Positions 16,414 to 27,187 of a stretch of 56,081 bases of DNA are shown here, in pieces. The stretch's first letter is position 1. Each line of letters opens with the position of its first letter. Both the position numbers and the translations under genes were made by a program. The notes under the pieces are model-generated. The model worked only from the letters and a program-made list of their open reading frames with translations. It did not search any database and was not told the DNA's origin. The stretch is from a virus (taxonomy: Duplodnaviria > Caudoviricetes). The stretch covers positions 1 to 56,081 of the IMG/VR virus record IMGVR_UViG_3300008267_000119; one strand, given 5' to 3'.

Positions 16414-16825
16414 CTCTGTCTCCTTTATGTTTATCAAGTCTATCTAGTATTTGAGTAAGTAATTCATTCTGTACAATACCTACCATTGAGGCATTTTTAA
16501 GTACGGAGATCAACTGGAAGATAAGAAAAGGTGCTATGATTGTTTCACTTAACCAAGATGTTCCTTTAAATCCTTTCTCAATTGTTAAGATAGATGCTAA
16601 CATTACGATCCAGAAGCATAATGTTTTTAATACTTTTAGGGCCTTTTTTGTCTGAAAACCTTCTCTTTTTGTTCCTGCCCATATACCGAAGAATCCATCA
16701 GCAAAGATAACGAAACCTACTGATAGAAATTGTTCGATGTTATCTGCTGTTAGGTTCATAAAATATGTACCTACAAATGCTAATGCTGTTGTCAAGGTTA
16801 GTGTTATTATAAGAGTTGTTTTCAT
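16400..16825 (-). CDS. holin
   Basis: Several TM segments; D-x-x-x-G-I and ISVLKNA...G motifs of the toxin-secretion/phage holin type; next to the endolysin. Confidence 0.75.
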   Translation of the reverse strand: MKTTLIITLTLTTALAFVGTYFMNLTADNIEQFLSVGFVIFADGFFGIWAGTKREGFQTKKALKVLKTLCFWIVMLASILTIEKGFKGTSWLSETIIAPFLIFQLISVLKNASMVGIVQNELLTQILDRLDKHKGDRDVTK

Positions 16826-16834
16826 CTTGTGTAC

Positions 16835-17446
16835 CTATTTAACGTATTCGTAATATTTCTTAGTCTTCTCTGAGCGATCTGCTAATCCGTGAGTACCACC
16901 GTTAATTCTTTTTGTAAGAGCTAAGATTGAAGCATCGTTAACTCCTTGGTCACATATTGACCACAATTTATTTTTATCAAAGAAAAACATTGCTGACTCA
17001 AAAGAATAAGTAGTTGCTACTAAATCTGGGTTAGTCATGATCTCTGGCTTCTTCAAGTAATCTGAAAACGCTTTGTAGTTTTCTTTTCCTGTTAACTGAA
17101 GAGCTCCTCTTCCTCTGAACTTGAATCCATCTCCAGACTTCTCATCACCATTACCCATTCTTGAAGCATAGACTCTATTTGCAATCTTTTCAGGATTTCT
17201 AGCATAAGATTCTTCTAAAGTACCTGGAAAGTATTTTCCGAATATCCCTTGAAGACCTTCTGCTGAATAGTTTAAATTTTCTGAAAACGCTTTAAACCCT
17301 CCTGTTTCATGTGCAGTTTGAGCAAAGAAGTGTGCTGCTCTTACAGGAGTTAGTTTATAAAACTCCATTGCTTTTTTCATTGTACCAGGACCAAATGCCC
17401 CATCAGCTGTTACGCCGATCTTTTCTTGTAAACTTTTTAAACTCAT
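16835..17446 (-). CDS. GH19 endolysin with N-terminal peptidoglycan-binding segment
   Basis: LQEKIGVTADGAFGPGT; AQTAHETGGF; FRGRGALQLTGKENY; TKRINGG. Confidence 0.92.
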   Translation of the reverse strand: MSLKSLQEKIGVTADGAFGPGTMKKAMEFYKLTPVRAAHFFAQTAHETGGFKAFSENLNYSAEGLQGIFGKYFPGTLEESYARNPEKIANRVYASRMGNGDEKSGDGFKFRGRGALQLTGKENYKAFSDYLKKPEIMTNPDLVATTYSFESAMFFFDKNKLWSICDQGVNDASILALTKRINGGTHGLADRSEKTKKYYEYVK

Positions 17447-17456
17447 ACTTTAATTT

Positions 17457-18566
17457 TTATTTATTACTACCTTCTTGTGTGGCATATTTAATACCCATAA
17501 TTGTACCAACTATTGAGAATGCATTAGTTAATAAGACACTAAACATGTTTGACCATGTTGAACCAATTATTTGGGTGTCTTGATCTGTTACAATGGCGGC
17601 CCAGTATAGTACAGTTGTAACAATACCAACGCCGACTATGACAGCTAACGCACACTTAACAATTATTTTTATTAACTCATTCTGACTCTTTTTCAATACT
17701 ACGTCTAAATCATTTAGAGCAGCATCCTTTTCTAATTCTATTGCGTGTTTAAGTTTTTGTGAGTTTTCCAATTCAACTGTTAAGTTCTTTGTAAGCTCAT
17801 CTATCTTCTTCTTATTGTTTACAGACTCAGTAACATCAGTTGCAATCTTAACTACATCAGTAATATTACCTTTACTATCAAGTACAGGATTGTATGATGC
17901 TTGTAAATAGACAATAGAGCCATCTACTTTTCTCCTTTCAAATATTCCATCAAAGAACTTACCCTTTCTTAAACTTTCCCAAAACTTAGTATATTCATCA
18001 GACTTTGAGTACTCATAGCTCACAAAAATACTATGATGCTTTCCAATGAGTTTACTTTTTTCATTGGCCTTATACCCCATAGTTTCTAAGAATATAGAAT
18101 TTACATCTAGTATAAATCCATCAGTATTAAAACTAATAAAAGCAGTACTTCGGTTAATTGCATCTACTTGTTTCTTGCTATTGACAATTGTTGTAATGTC
18201 AGTAGCAATCTTCATTATTTTAGTAATCTTATTATTCTCATCAAAAATAGGATTGTAAGTTGCTTGGAGATTAATAAGACTTCCATCCTTTCTTCTTCTC
18301 TCAAACTCTCCCTGGTAGTACTTGCCACTTCTTAATATGTCCCAAAATTTTTCATACTCAAGTGATCTTGAATAATCTTCACATACAAAAATACTGTGAT
18401 GCTTACCGACAAGCTCTTCATGGTTACCTGAACCATACCCCATTGTTTCTAGAAAGGTATCATTAACCCCTAATATGGTCCCACCAAGGTCAAAGTAAAT
18501 AATAGCATTACTTCTATTAATTGCTTCAAGTCTACTTAATAGTTCTTCCTTTGATAAGGTTTTCAT
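17457..18566 (-). CDS. tandem PAS-PAS (chemoreceptor-type) sensor with coiled coil and C-terminal 2-TM anchor
   Basis: Two repeats of AINRS...GKHHSIFV...FWxxLRxG...LQAxYNP...KIATD; no MCP signalling domain; start revised to MKTLSKEE. Confidence 0.85.
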   Translation of the reverse strand: MKTLSKEELLSRLEAINRSNAIIYFDLGGTILGVNDTFLETMGYGSGNHEELVGKHHSIFVCEDYSRSLEYEKFWDILRSGKYYQGEFERRRKDGSLINLQATYNPIFDENNKITKIMKIATDITTIVNSKKQVDAINRSTAFISFNTDGFILDVNSIFLETMGYKANEKSKLIGKHHSIFVSYEYSKSDEYTKFWESLRKGKFFDGIFERRKVDGSIVYLQASYNPVLDSKGNITDVVKIATDVTESVNNKKKIDELTKNLTVELENSQKLKHAIELEKDAALNDLDVVLKKSQNELIKIIVKCALAVIVGVGIVTTVLYWAAIVTDQDTQIIGSTWSNMFSVLLTNAFSIVGTIMGIKYATQEGSNK

Positions 18567-18567
18567 G

Positions 18568-18816
18568 TTACTCTTTATTAGAGTTACTACCTCCTTTAAA
18601 GCCAGCAAACTTCTCAATTACATCTGGAAGGAAACTTCCTAGAGTAATGTACATGAAAGCATCAAAAATATATTCATTTAGTTCTAATGCCTTACCCATG
18701 TATCCTGTTACTAGGTCTACTACGATAGCTGCTACCATTACCATAAATGACATAAAACCTATAATGGTTTTCTCATTGTAGTCATTTGATTTCTTAAAGA
18801 TGTCTTTAAATGCCAT
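18568..18816 (-). CDS. small 2-TM protein (holin- or antiholin-like)
   Basis: MAFKDIFKKS...; first gene after the ATATTTAT motif of the lysis operon. Confidence 0.6.
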   Translation of the reverse strand: MAFKDIFKKSNDYNEKTIIGFMSFMVMVAAIVVDLVTGYMGKALELNEYIFDAFMYITLGSFLPDVIEKFAGFKGGSNSNKE

Positions 18817-18892
18817 AATATATTTTATTAAATTGATTAAATTATAACCTACTAATAAAACAATATTAACAAGAACCATTTGGTATAAATAT

Positions 18893-18918
18893 AAAAAGCC
18901 CTGGGTATCCAGGGCTTA
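18893..18918 (-). terminator. intrinsic terminator after nrdA, abutting the ATATTTAT motif
   Basis: AAGCCCTGG-ATAC-CCAGGGCTTTTT-ATATTTAT. Confidence 0.75.
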
Positions 18919-18942
18919 TTTTTAATAAAATTTAATTATTTA

Positions 18943-20670
18943 CTATCCTTCACAACTAGTACAACTATCAGCAGTACGTTGTAAATTATCTCCTCTTAAT
19001 ACTGATTCAGTACGAAGGTAATATAAGGTTTTAATCCCTAATTTATGTGCTTCTTTATGTACAGTACTAATGAATTTAGGAGTATCATTAGGGTCAAATG
19101 AAAGATTTAAAGACATTGCTTGATCTACATATTTTTGTCTAATTCCATTTTGTCTTACTAATTCTAATTGATTAATCTCTTTAAATGTTAAGAATATTTC
19201 TTTTTCTTCAGGAGATAAAATATAATCAGGTAAACCTAATACTGATCCTTTATCTTTTAATATTTGATCCCAAATACTGTCAATATTATACCCCTTTTCA
19301 GCTAATACTTTTTCTAATATTCGGTTTTTCTTAATGAAAACACCTTTTGCTGTTTTTAAATTATAAACATTAGCAGGAATTGGTTCAACTGATGGTGAAA
19401 CACCACCGGAAATGTGAGCATTTGATACTGTTGGTGCAATAGCTAAATGATGTGAATGTCTTAATCCTGTTCCTTTACACCATTCTGGTTCTCCGTAAAG
19501 TTCTGCTTGTTCACGAGATGCTTTTAATGCTCCTTCTTCAATAAATGAAAACATTAATCTAGTATAAGTGTCTGCTGGTATTCCAGTGAATGGTAAGTTT
19601 TTAGATTGCAAAAATGTATGCCACCCTAATACTCCTAAACCAATTGCTCTACCTTTTGTTGCAGATCGTACTGTATTCTCAAAGAATTTAATATTTTTGG
19701 CACGATCAATAAATTCTTGTAATGCTCCTTCTAGAAACCATGTAGCTACTTCAGGTAAAGTCATTCCATTTTCAAATTTGTAATCTTTCCACTCATCCCA
19801 ACGAGCTAAGTTTAATGAAGATAAACAACAAATAAATGAATGCAATTCATCAGTATAAAGTGCAATTTCAGAACAAATATTCGTCATTGTTACTTTAAGA
19901 TTGTTATTCTTATAGGCTTGAGGGTTAGCATTATTAACATTATCCTCAAACATAATATAAGGTTCACCTGTCTCTAAACGTGTTTTTAGAATTTCACCCC
20001 ACAATTTTAGGGCTTTAGGATCTCTTTCTTCAAGTTTATCCATAAAAACATCATCAATTGATACACACTGATGTAAGTTAAGGCATTGTCTGTTTACATC
20101 TCCTTTTGGTCTTCTAATTCCTAAGAACTCTTCAATGTCTGGATGATTGATTGAAAGGTTTACAGATGCTGCTCCTCTTCTAACAGAACCTTGGTTTGTT
20201 GCTAGAATAGTTGAGTCAAACATTTTAGCCCATGGTACAATACCTTCAGAAGATCCATTATCTTTGATAGTTTTACCTCTACCTCTAATGCGAGATAAAC
20301 CAATTCCAACTCCTCCACCCTGTGAAGTTAATCTCATCAATTCTGAATTAGATCCTGCAATCCCTTCAATAGAATCTTCTACATCGATTCCAAAACATGA
20401 AATAGGCATTCCTCTTTCAGTACCCATATTGGATAGTACAGGTGAGGCTAAACATAACCAGTTTTTAGTTAATGCTTCATAAAATAAAGGTTGTAAATCT
20501 TTACGTTTTAATCTTTTGGCCGATGCTCTACTTACTCTTAAGAAAGCCTTAAACACATCTTCTTCAGGTAAAAGATATCCATTTGAAACTATATCTAATC
20601 CAATTTGGTCCATCCAATTAGGATATGATTTACCTTTAACCCAATTTGTTGTATCTACTTGTATACTCAT
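18943..20670 (-). CDS. nrdA: ribonucleotide reductase class I alpha subunit
   Basis: PISCF, QGSVRRGA, TNICSEI, AIAPT, KTLYY and C-terminal CxxC; no ATP cone. Confidence 0.95.
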   Translation of the reverse strand: MSIQVDTTNWVKGKSYPNWMDQIGLDIVSNGYLLPEEDVFKAFLRVSRASAKRLKRKDLQPLFYEALTKNWLCLASPVLSNMGTERGMPISCFGIDVEDSIEGIAGSNSELMRLTSQGGGVGIGLSRIRGRGKTIKDNGSSEGIVPWAKMFDSTILATNQGSVRRGAASVNLSINHPDIEEFLGIRRPKGDVNRQCLNLHQCVSIDDVFMDKLEERDPKALKLWGEILKTRLETGEPYIMFEDNVNNANPQAYKNNNLKVTMTNICSEIALYTDELHSFICCLSSLNLARWDEWKDYKFENGMTLPEVATWFLEGALQEFIDRAKNIKFFENTVRSATKGRAIGLGVLGWHTFLQSKNLPFTGIPADTYTRLMFSFIEEGALKASREQAELYGEPEWCKGTGLRHSHHLAIAPTVSNAHISGGVSPSVEPIPANVYNLKTAKGVFIKKNRILEKVLAEKGYNIDSIWDQILKDKGSVLGLPDYILSPEEKEIFLTFKEINQLELVRQNGIRQKYVDQAMSLNLSFDPNDTPKFISTVHKEAHKLGIKTLYYLRTESVLRGDNLQRTADSCTSCEG

Positions 20671-20676
20671 TTATTT

Positions 20677-21258
20677 TTATTGTTTATTAGATTTAGTTCT
20701 ATTTTCATTTATTGTTAATGGTTGGAGATTTTTATAATTCCAACACTTGTATATTTCATCTTGTTGAGTTAAATCAAAGGAATTGATAGGAATAATGTGA
20801 TCTACCTCCCAATAACTCCCATAATTTTCCCACTCCATTCCGGGTTTGAATTGGGAACTTAAATGGAATTTACATTCTTCTAAACTACAACCTAAATACC
20901 CAAATACAGAATTGATCTTGTTTGTTATAGTTTTATAAAATCTATTTCTCAGATTATGTGTTAATCTATAGATGGGATCAGTTTTCCTTTTATGTTTATG
21001 ATAAATTCTAGCATATTCCTTATCATACTCTTTATAATTTCCTCTATTCTTTTTGATAAGAGCTTTAAATTTCTCTTTATTGTTACTTATCCACTCTTTA
21101 TTTTTAATATTGATTATATCTTTTTTTTGAGTATATCTAATCTCAGATTTAATTTTTATACAAGATTTACAGATATTTTGGTAACGCTGTCTTGTGTTTT
21201 CCCAATAATAATTTTCAATTCCTTTTAATTCTTTACATTTAGTGCATGCTTTCTCCAT
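20677..21258 (-). mobile_element. free-standing HNH endonuclease between nrdB and nrdA
   Basis: Two CxxC motifs; WEVDHIIP...NLQPL...NRTKSN; own ATATTTAT motif at 21273. Confidence 0.85.
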
Positions 21259-21309
21259 AATTATGTTTTGATATAAATATGTGAAAGGAAAAAACTATCC
21301 ATGATTCTT

Positions 21310-22263
21310 TTATAGGTCTGACCAATCTGAAGTAGATTTGGCATAGTCTGTTACTCTTCCCGCGAAGAAATCTTGGTGTGTTTTACCCGATGTTAAGTGG
21401 CCAAACCACTCCATCTGCTTTAATAGATTTGGTTCAATGTCATTATAAACGGCATTATAACCTAATTCAATCATTTTTTCATTTGCACGAGCTTTGATAA
21501 AGTTTTGTAGTTGAGGAGTATTTAAACCTTCTACTTCACCCATTTCAAATGCTTTATCAATAAAGTCAAATTCTAATTGAACTGATAAATGGCAAGCTTC
21601 TGTTACTTTATTTCTTAATTCTTCTGTATTAAGTTCAGGTACTTCATCTAGTAAAGTTCTAAATAACCAACATCCAGCTTTTGAATGTAATGATTCATCT
21701 CTTACACTCCACTCAATTATTTGTCCTGTTCCTTTCATTAAATTTCTTAATTGAAAAGACATTAAAATAGCGAATGAAGAAAATAAATTAACACCCTCAG
21801 TGAATGCCGAAAATATTGCAAGTGACTGCGCTTTTTCACTTAGAGTTCCCATTGGGGTTTCGGTTAATCGCTCAATTTTACTTAAAGCTGCTTCATCTTC
21901 TAAAAACGCCTTAAAATCTTCTAAATCTAAAGCTTCATTTAAACGAGCATATGCTTGAGCATGGATTGCTTCAAATGAACCGAAGGTAGAAGTCATAGCT
22001 ACAATTTCAGGTTTTGGAAACCACTGTGACACCTTAGAAGACCAGTAATCATTTACATGCACCTCAGTTTGTGCAAAGGATTTTAAAATATTACCGATTA
22101 GGTTTTTTTCAGATTCAGTAAGTTTTTGTTTCCAATCATTTAAGTCGGATGCTAAAGGTACTTCATCTGCTAACCAATGACTTCTTTGTTGGTCTAGGTA
22201 AAAATCGAATGCTTCTTGATATTCGAATGGTTTGTAGAAATCTCTTCTCTCAATTAATGACAT
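21310..22263 (-). CDS. nrdB: ribonucleotide reductase class I beta subunit
   Basis: EAIHAQAY, FTEG, DESLH and DFF motifs. Confidence 0.95.
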   Translation of the reverse strand: MSLIERRDFYKPFEYQEAFDFYLDQQRSHWLADEVPLASDLNDWKQKLTESEKNLIGNILKSFAQTEVHVNDYWSSKVSQWFPKPEIVAMTSTFGSFEAIHAQAYARLNEALDLEDFKAFLEDEAALSKIERLTETPMGTLSEKAQSLAIFSAFTEGVNLFSSFAILMSFQLRNLMKGTGQIIEWSVRDESLHSKAGCWLFRTLLDEVPELNTEELRNKVTEACHLSVQLEFDFIDKAFEMGEVEGLNTPQLQNFIKARANEKMIELGYNAVYNDIEPNLLKQMEWFGHLTSGKTHQDFFAGRVTDYAKSTSDWSDL

Positions 22264-22294
22264 AATTTATTTTTTAATTTTGGGTCAATAAATA

Positions 22295-23677
22295 TTACCC
22301 GTTATTTTCTAGGCTAAAGTTTTGGAATAAGTTTTTGAGATTACCTTTCTCACTAGCTGATATTCCACCAAATGTTGTTTTTGATTGGGATTGTTGGTTT
22401 TTGTAATCCTCAGTATCGTCATATTCATCTAATACTTCAATATGACCGCAAGATGTATCAATATTAACATTGTAAGTCATACCATCTGGCCCATAACGGT
22501 TCTTCTGAATATGCCATCTTCCGGTACCATTTACTTTATCTGTTTTTAAACGAGATTGTGACATCCCAAAATCAACAATAGCTTGTTTTTCATATGAACC
22601 CGCTGATTTATCACCTTCTACTACTTCATCTTTGGCACCTGCTCTATTTACTTGTGAAACAGACCAAATAGGCAATTGTAATTCTTTAGCTAAACCCTTA
22701 GTCCCATAATGTAAGTCATCAATTTCTTCTTTTCTGTCTTTACGTCTTGAAGGTGGTTTTAACAAATCTACATAATCTATTAAAATTAAATCTGCCTTAA
22801 ATCCTAAATCTGCTGTCTTTTGATAGTGAGATTTGATTGTAGTTAATGAAGCTCCTTTAGCTGGGTATTCTTTTATGATGATGTTGTTTTCAAACCCCTC
22901 TACCAACTCTTTTACCTGGCCTTGGTATTCATGTATTTCACTTACATTAATCCCTGTATAGTAGGCATCATATCTTCTACCAACATAATCTTCTCCTAAT
23001 TCTAATGTGTAATGAATTACTTTATACCCTAATTTACCAGCATGCGCCCCTAAGGCTACTAAATCCCAAGACTTACCTCCACCAGGTCCTCCATAAATTA
23101 GACCATAGTCTCCACTACCTAACCCCCCTTGAAGTAATATATTTAGAACATCCCAAGGCGTTGGTACTACTTTTCTACTAGATTCTCTGTAACGAGATTC
23201 AATATCTTTTGAGTATTCATGACCTAGATTTTTATCAGCACCTGCTTTTAGGGCATTATCAATCAGAATTCTAATATCATCATAGTGACCACTTTTTAAT
23301 AAATCTACTGAGTCAATCAATGCATTCTTTAGTAATTGATTTTTACAAAAATTAGAGAATTCTTCTTCAACATATTCCTGATCATCATATTGAGTAGTGT
23401 ACACTAATTTCAGTTGTTCTCTTACCGCAGTTTGTAGAACATCGTTATCAATTTTTTTAACCTCAATTTTTAATGTATCTAAAGTTGGGGTAGTATGATA
23501 CTTATCAAAATACTTTAAAGTTTCATCTATAACCCACTTATGACCAGGGTGGCTAAAATAGGATTCATCTAATATGTCCCTTACGTTAAGTAAGAAGGCT
23601 TTATTCTTTAATAAAGAATTTATCACCTTAATTTGGAAAGAAGAACCATAGTCTTCAAGTTTTGAAAATGCAACCAT
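22295..23677 (-). CDS. replicative helicase (DnaB / T4 gp41-like)
   Basis: GGPGGGKS Walker A; TLEL; LIDYVDLL; SQVNR; KNRYG. Confidence 0.9.
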   Translation of the reverse strand: MVAFSKLEDYGSSFQIKVINSLLKNKAFLLNVRDILDESYFSHPGHKWVIDETLKYFDKYHTTPTLDTLKIEVKKIDNDVLQTAVREQLKLVYTTQYDDQEYVEEEFSNFCKNQLLKNALIDSVDLLKSGHYDDIRILIDNALKAGADKNLGHEYSKDIESRYRESSRKVVPTPWDVLNILLQGGLGSGDYGLIYGGPGGGKSWDLVALGAHAGKLGYKVIHYTLELGEDYVGRRYDAYYTGINVSEIHEYQGQVKELVEGFENNIIIKEYPAKGASLTTIKSHYQKTADLGFKADLILIDYVDLLKPPSRRKDRKEEIDDLHYGTKGLAKELQLPIWSVSQVNRAGAKDEVVEGDKSAGSYEKQAIVDFGMSQSRLKTDKVNGTGRWHIQKNRYGPDGMTYNVNIDTSCGHIEVLDEYDDTEDYKNQQSQSKTTFGGISASEKGNLKNLFQNFSLENNG

Positions 23678-23688
23678 TTATATAACTT

Positions 23689-24717
23689 TTATTTTTTATG
23701 TTTATATTGATTAAGATACGAAAAAGTATTTGCTATCCAAAATTCTATGTTGGGAGAGATTTGTCTTTCTAATAAATCACTTTTATGTAATTGTAAGAAC
23801 CTTGAATTATTTAAGATGTTAGGTTCCTCATTAATTAGTTCATCTAACACAACTTCATCATACTCTGGTATATTGAGTTCTGTTAAGGTCATTAGCTTGA
23901 AATTAATTTCTAGCTGTTTCCTAAAATTGTAGATATCACCATACAAACCATGTTCTTCATGCTTATCATAGCTCTTTTGGATAATCTCTTTTAATATTAC
24001 TTTACCTTCATCAAAGATTTCAGGATATAATTTTTGCAATTTTTTATCACCTAACCCCCTTATACCAGGAACATTATCGGATTTATCACCCATTAGTACC
24101 TTATAATTGATATAATTTTGGGGCCAAAGTCCCATTTCATCATATACTTCTTTGGGACCATAGAATTTCTTCTTAATAGGTGAGTACACTTGAATTTTAT
24201 CACTACATAATTGTAAAAAATCTTGATCGGCTGATACAATAATGGAATTATCAAATTTAGGCGCTAAATACCCTATTATATCGTCGGCTTCTAACTTATC
24301 ACGTGTTATGATGCTTATGGGAAGCTGGCGTAAATAGTCCACTAATCTTAGCATTTGCTGCGACATAGAGGCCGATTCATCAGCTAAATCATCAAATGAA
24401 CTCCAATTAGTAATGCGTTTTAATTTTCTATTCCCCTTGTAATCAGAATATAAATTCTTTCTATTAGTAGTATTACCCTGACCATCAAAAACACATATGA
24501 TTCTTGTGGGTTGCACCAAATTAACTGTATAAGCTAAGGACCTTAAAAAACCTACCATACCCCCAATGTGAGTGCCTTGAGTATTTGTACTACCAATGAC
24601 AGCGAATGATCGCAAAAACATATTCATACTATCCACTAACAAAACCCTGCTATTTAAGTGCAGGGTTTCTGTTTGGGAATCTTCTTGAATATTATCGAGG
24701 AGACTTTTATAATCCAT
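23689..24717 (-). CDS. 5'-3' exonuclease / flap endonuclease
   Basis: VFDG, YKGNR, EADDII, SADQDFLQL, GDKSDNVPGIRGLG. Confidence 0.92.
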   Translation of the reverse strand: MDYKSLLDNIQEDSQTETLHLNSRVLLVDSMNMFLRSFAVIGSTNTQGTHIGGMVGFLRSLAYTVNLVQPTRIICVFDGQGNTTNRKNLYSDYKGNRKLKRITNWSSFDDLADESASMSQQMLRLVDYLRQLPISIITRDKLEADDIIGYLAPKFDNSIIVSADQDFLQLCSDKIQVYSPIKKKFYGPKEVYDEMGLWPQNYINYKVLMGDKSDNVPGIRGLGDKKLQKLYPEIFDEGKVILKEIIQKSYDKHEEHGLYGDIYNFRKQLEINFKLMTLTELNIPEYDEVVLDELINEEPNILNNSRFLQLHKSDLLERQISPNIEFWIANTFSYLNQYKHKK

Positions 24718-24718
24718 A

Positions 24719-25789
24719 TTAAATTTCAGATAAATCTACTCCTACAAAATCAGTATTTTCTTCTTCAATAATATCAAAATCATCGCTTCCTAAAATAACT
24801 GACCAATCTTTAGAGTGTTCTTTTTTATACTTGTTAATCTCATTAGGTGAATTTTTAATAAACCCATGAGCAGTACTAACAATAGTACCTTTAGCTGTTA
24901 CACCTGTTACGTGATTTTTGTCACAAGATACTTTAGTTTTTAAAGCAAATTCAATCTCTTTACCACCCTTAGTAGCTTTAACTTTCTGAGTACCAGGGCT
25001 AGTTACGTTACCAAAAGTAATGATAAATGATGCGTCAAAGAACATAGCATCTCCTCCTTTATTTCTTAATTTAGGTTGAGCCATAGGCATTAGAGCTGGT
25101 TCTACCCACACCTTATTAACACAAACCATAGTGTTAGTGTAAGATTGAGATTCTTTACGAGACATAATCAATCTTTGATTGATAAAGTTAGCAAATTGTT
25201 GAGACATTGCTCCAGCATTCCACATTGGTGAGTTAGAGTTTTTCTCAATACTCATTCTACATGGAATTGAACCAATAGAATCCCATAAGAATAATAAATC
25301 ATAAGGTAAATTACCCTTCTTTTGTTCATCTAGCAAATCTGCCATAAATGCTGCTACATCTTCAATACACTGTAAAGATTCTCTATCAGCATAAATGAAA
25401 AAACCCTTATAATCCTTATTACCATTCTCATCAATAGTTTCACCTAAATCAAACCCCATTGCAGACCAGTGTTCCCAACTATGTTTCATTTCAGTAATGA
25501 TAATAATAGGTAATACTCCTGTTTTTTGAGCTTCGATTGCGGTTTCAATCAATAATGTAGTTTTACCTGTGTTGCTGTGTCCTCTTACTAGGGTAATATG
25601 ACCTTTTGGTATTCCAGGCATTTCTAACATCTCAGCAACGGGCTCTGTAAATTTAATCCACGCTTGGGGTTTAAAATTTGATGAACTCTGTCCTAAATTC
25701 TTACCGGCCTTGAACTTATCAAGGGAGAACGTCCCAGTAATGGCCTTTCCGACTTGGCCGGAAAGGCTTTCTGTTTTTTGTTTAGCCAT
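24719..25789 (-). CDS. RecA/UvsX-like recombinase
   Basis: GHSNTGKTT, LWDSIGS, KGG and KNH motifs. Confidence 0.85.
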   Translation of the reverse strand: MAKQKTESLSGQVGKAITGTFSLDKFKAGKNLGQSSSNFKPQAWIKFTEPVAEMLEMPGIPKGHITLVRGHSNTGKTTLLIETAIEAQKTGVLPIIIITEMKHSWEHWSAMGFDLGETIDENGNKDYKGFFIYADRESLQCIEDVAAFMADLLDEQKKGNLPYDLLFLWDSIGSIPCRMSIEKNSNSPMWNAGAMSQQFANFINQRLIMSRKESQSYTNTMVCVNKVWVEPALMPMAQPKLRNKGGDAMFFDASFIITFGNVTSPGTQKVKATKGGKEIEFALKTKVSCDKNHVTGVTAKGTIVSTAHGFIKNSPNEINKYKKEHSKDWSVILGSDDFDIIEEENTDFVGVDLSEI

Positions 25790-25796
25790 AAATTAA

Positions 25797-26645
25797 TTAA
25801 TTTTCTCCAAATAGGTCATCAAACTCGTCAGCATTAATATTCTCTTTAGGTTTAAGAGCAAATGCTTTGTTTTGTTGTGGTGCTACAGTTGATTTTTCTT
25901 CAGTAGGTTTTTGAGTTTTTGGCAATGCCAAAAATTCATCTCCGGCATTTTGTGGAGCAGCGGCTGCAGTTTCTTCTTCAGGGTTTAAGAATTCAACTAA
26001 AAATTGTTTAATCTCATCAAAAGTATATTTTTTAGAGAAAGAAGCAGGATCTGGTTGGTTTTCTAACCATTTTTCAACCTCAGCATTGTTAGCACTCAAA
26101 GGTGTAGTCTTCATTGCTGGTAAGATTGTAGATTTGTTGTAAGCTGTACCTGTGGTTTCTGGACCTACAGTTTCAACTTTCATATCTCTACCTTCCATGA
26201 TGTCTGTGAAATCTCCTACATCTTCGTCTGCAGCAAGAGATAATAATGCTTGGTAGATTTCTTTTCCAAATTCCCAAAGACGTACTCCTTTTTCTTCTTC
26301 GCCTCGAACAATAACAGGAGCAAAAACTCTCATTTTAGGTTCTAGTTTCTTAGCTAATTTCCAGTTTTCAGGTTCTTTAGTTTTACGAAGTTCTTTTGAG
26401 AATTCGATAATTGGGTCTTTTTCACCAAAGTTTGAAGGTGAGATAATTGTTCTTTTCCCAATACCATAGTGAAAATACAATTCGGTAAATGGGTTTTCAG
26501 GATTAATTTTTGATGGTACAAACCTTACTAGGGCTTTACCAACAGTTGGTTTCCAAAAGCTTAAAGCTTTCTCATTTGTTTTTTGTCCTCCAGATTTAGG
26601 AGATGAAAGTGCACTGAGCTTGTTTTGAATCAAGTCTAAATTCAT
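25797..26645 (-). CDS. single-stranded DNA-binding protein (T4 gp32-like)
   Basis: FWKP...VRFVP...HY...LWEFGK; acidic tail DEFDDLF; replication-block context. Confidence 0.8.
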   Translation of the reverse strand: MNLDLIQNKLSALSSPKSGGQKTNEKALSFWKPTVGKALVRFVPSKINPENPFTELYFHYGIGKRTIISPSNFGEKDPIIEFSKELRKTKEPENWKLAKKLEPKMRVFAPVIVRGEEEKGVRLWEFGKEIYQALLSLAADEDVGDFTDIMEGRDMKVETVGPETTGTAYNKSTILPAMKTTPLSANNAEVEKWLENQPDPASFSKKYTFDEIKQFLVEFLNPEEETAAAAPQNAGDEFLALPKTQKPTEEKSTVAPQQNKAFALKPKENINADEFDDLFGEN

Positions 26646-26714
26646 AACTTTTTGATTTTAATGTTAAAACTAATTTGCAAAGGTAATATAATAAAAATAT
26701 CTTGGGTATCCAAG

Positions 26715-27182
26715 TTATAGTGTAATTATTTTATAAATTTTTGTATCTAATCTTTTTAAGTCTCCGGCATGAGTCAATAATATACAATTTTGATATTCTT
26801 TCCAATCAATTGCAAAAGTATTATCTAATACTCCCCCATTTAATGATTTAATTAAGTCATTTAAAGCATTGATAGTATAAAGAGTATTTGATTCTTTCTT
26901 TCTATGAAGTAAAATAGTATTGTCCAACAACATGTTAGTCATATTTACTGAATCTACATTGTATGTAAATACGTACTCTTCAGTTGCTTTAATATACAAA
27001 ATGAAGATCTTATTGAATAAGATTTTATATTGTCCCTGTATGGTTGCTAAAGTAGTGTCTAAATCCTCTTTACTAGAGAATGTGCAGAATAATTTGTTCA
27101 TATAATCTGAATATTCATACGAACTTTCGTATGATGATTGCAAATAAATATGTGAAGGAATAAGGGTTTGTTGATCAATCAT
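26715..27182 (-). CDS. hypothetical protein (possible true start MNKLF at 27101)
   Basis: LLHRKKESNTLYTINALN; ATATTTAT motif at 27144-27151 precedes the internal ATG. Confidence 0.75.
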   Translation of the reverse strand: MIDQQTLIPSHIYLQSSYESSYEYSDYMNKLFCTFSSKEDLDTTLATIQGQYKILFNKIFILYIKATEEYVFTYNVDSVNMTNMLLDNTILLHRKKESNTLYTINALNDLIKSLNGGVLDNTFAIDWKEYQNCILLTHAGDLKRLDTKIYKIITL

Positions 27183-27187
27183 AACTT

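Noticed and set aside
18943-22263. Group I intron or intein in nrdA or nrdB
   Set aside because: Both genes look complete and continuous; the HNH gene is intergenic.
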